A stretch of DNA of 64,000 bases from the NCBI GenBank assembly GCA_038087875.1, contig CM075990.1, forward strand, positions 4,342,001 through 4,406,000, written 5' to 3'. A program made the translations under genes and the position numbers. Within the stretch, counting starts at the first letter, position 1, and each line of letters starts with the position of its first letter. The notes below the pieces were generated by a model. It made no database searches and was not told where the DNA came from. It saw only the letters and a list, made by a program, of their open reading frames with translations. This stretch comes from Malacoraja senta (Eukaryota). Positions 62,991 through 64,000 of the stretch are shown in pieces.

Positions 62991-64000
62991 GGCTGAACAT
63001 GAAACCTTGAAGTTAGATAGAGTGGTGAAGGTTGCATGGAGGTTATGGTGCAATTCAGATCAAATTATTATGTTTAAAGGGCATTTTTGACTAACACTGA
63101 AATAGGTAAGGAATAAAAGAATTATGGTGCGAATGCGGACAAATATGATTAAAGTAGATGGGAATATAGTTTGACATGGATGTAATGTCCCAAAGGTTAT
63201 TTCGTGTCTATGCTGTACACTCCATGACTCTATTAAATTCAACGATATCAGATTAAATTGGCCAGTTTTGGTAAAAGGTCATTTTTAGGTTTATTATTGT
63301 CACGTGTACCGAAGTACAATGAAAAGCTTTGTTTTGCATGCTATCCACTGAGATCAGATGATACTATGCATTGATACAACCATGTTAAACTCAAGTACAA
63401 TCTGGGAAGATGCAGAGTGCAGAATATAGTTCTCAGCATTATAGCACATCAGTTCCATATACATAAATCTGTAACTTTAACTCTTTTTTTCTCTCTCCAC
63501 AGATGCTGCCTGACCTGCTGATTATCCCCAGCATTTACTATTTACCTTCTTGGTAAGTTATTGATATGACATGATAACAATCTACTTCCTCACTTTGCTA
63601 ATAAAGATTGAAAGCACTCATTGGCATTAAATGGTTATATTGGATTTATTACTCGTTTTATGAATAGAATTTATGGATAACTTTGGCAAACCAGTATTGT
63701 AGGCAGAGTAGCCTAGCTGATGGTGCTAGGAGCACAGATCTTCAGCACAAATGGTGGGTAATCTGGATATGGAGGGTGATTAAGAACTGTCGATACATTT
63801 CCAAGTCCGGATGTTATTCTCGGAGGGGACCCTGCAGGAGTTGATGTTTCCATGCACTTGCAGACCTTGTCTTGCTGGAAAAGGTTGAGCATTTGGGAGA
63901 TACCTGGCTACTCTGACAGCAAGTAACTGTGGGACATTTTGTGGATGCTACATCTACTGTGTGCTAGTGATGGACGGTGTTCTAGTCCTAGCTGAATTTC

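Noticed and set aside
24931..64000. BMPR1A or other host coding exons
   Set aside because: No signal-peptide, receptor or kinase exon recognised in any frame; short or non-coding exons could have been missed.

Overview
Eukaryotic, repeat-rich vertebrate DNA; the repeat complement (HE1-type V-SINEs, HER1/CR1 LINEs, Rex1-like LINEs, Penelope-like elements) points to a cartilaginous fish, probably a skate or ray (inference). The only host gene I can support is the 3' end of LDB3 (ZASP/Cypher): two + strand exons (2440-2555, 9129-9218) that splice in frame to give the last LIM domain and stop. The rest is 3' UTR/intergenic or intronic DNA, with a 200-N assembly gap (24683-24882) whose CpG-rich right edge may be the missing start of the next gene (BMPR1A in human synteny; no BMPR1A coding exon was found). 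Nearly all listed ORFs are retroelement/transposon fragments, their antisense shadows, or microsatellite artefacts. The most interesting signal is about 20 scattered copies of a short element carrying a minimal type I hammerhead-ribozyme motif (CTGAAGA-A-GGGT-NNNN-RCCC-GAAA-CGTC). Two copies are physically attached to Penelope endonuclease C-termini; others are inserted alone as ~100-150 bp units or fold-back units between 10-15 bp direct repeats. Also notable: three divergent GC-rich non-coding elements sharing a covarying hairpin, a near-complete IR/DR Tc1, a 1.66 kb tandem duplication, and several locally templated insertions. All calls are by eye; repeat boundaries are approximate unless a TSD or TIR is quoted.
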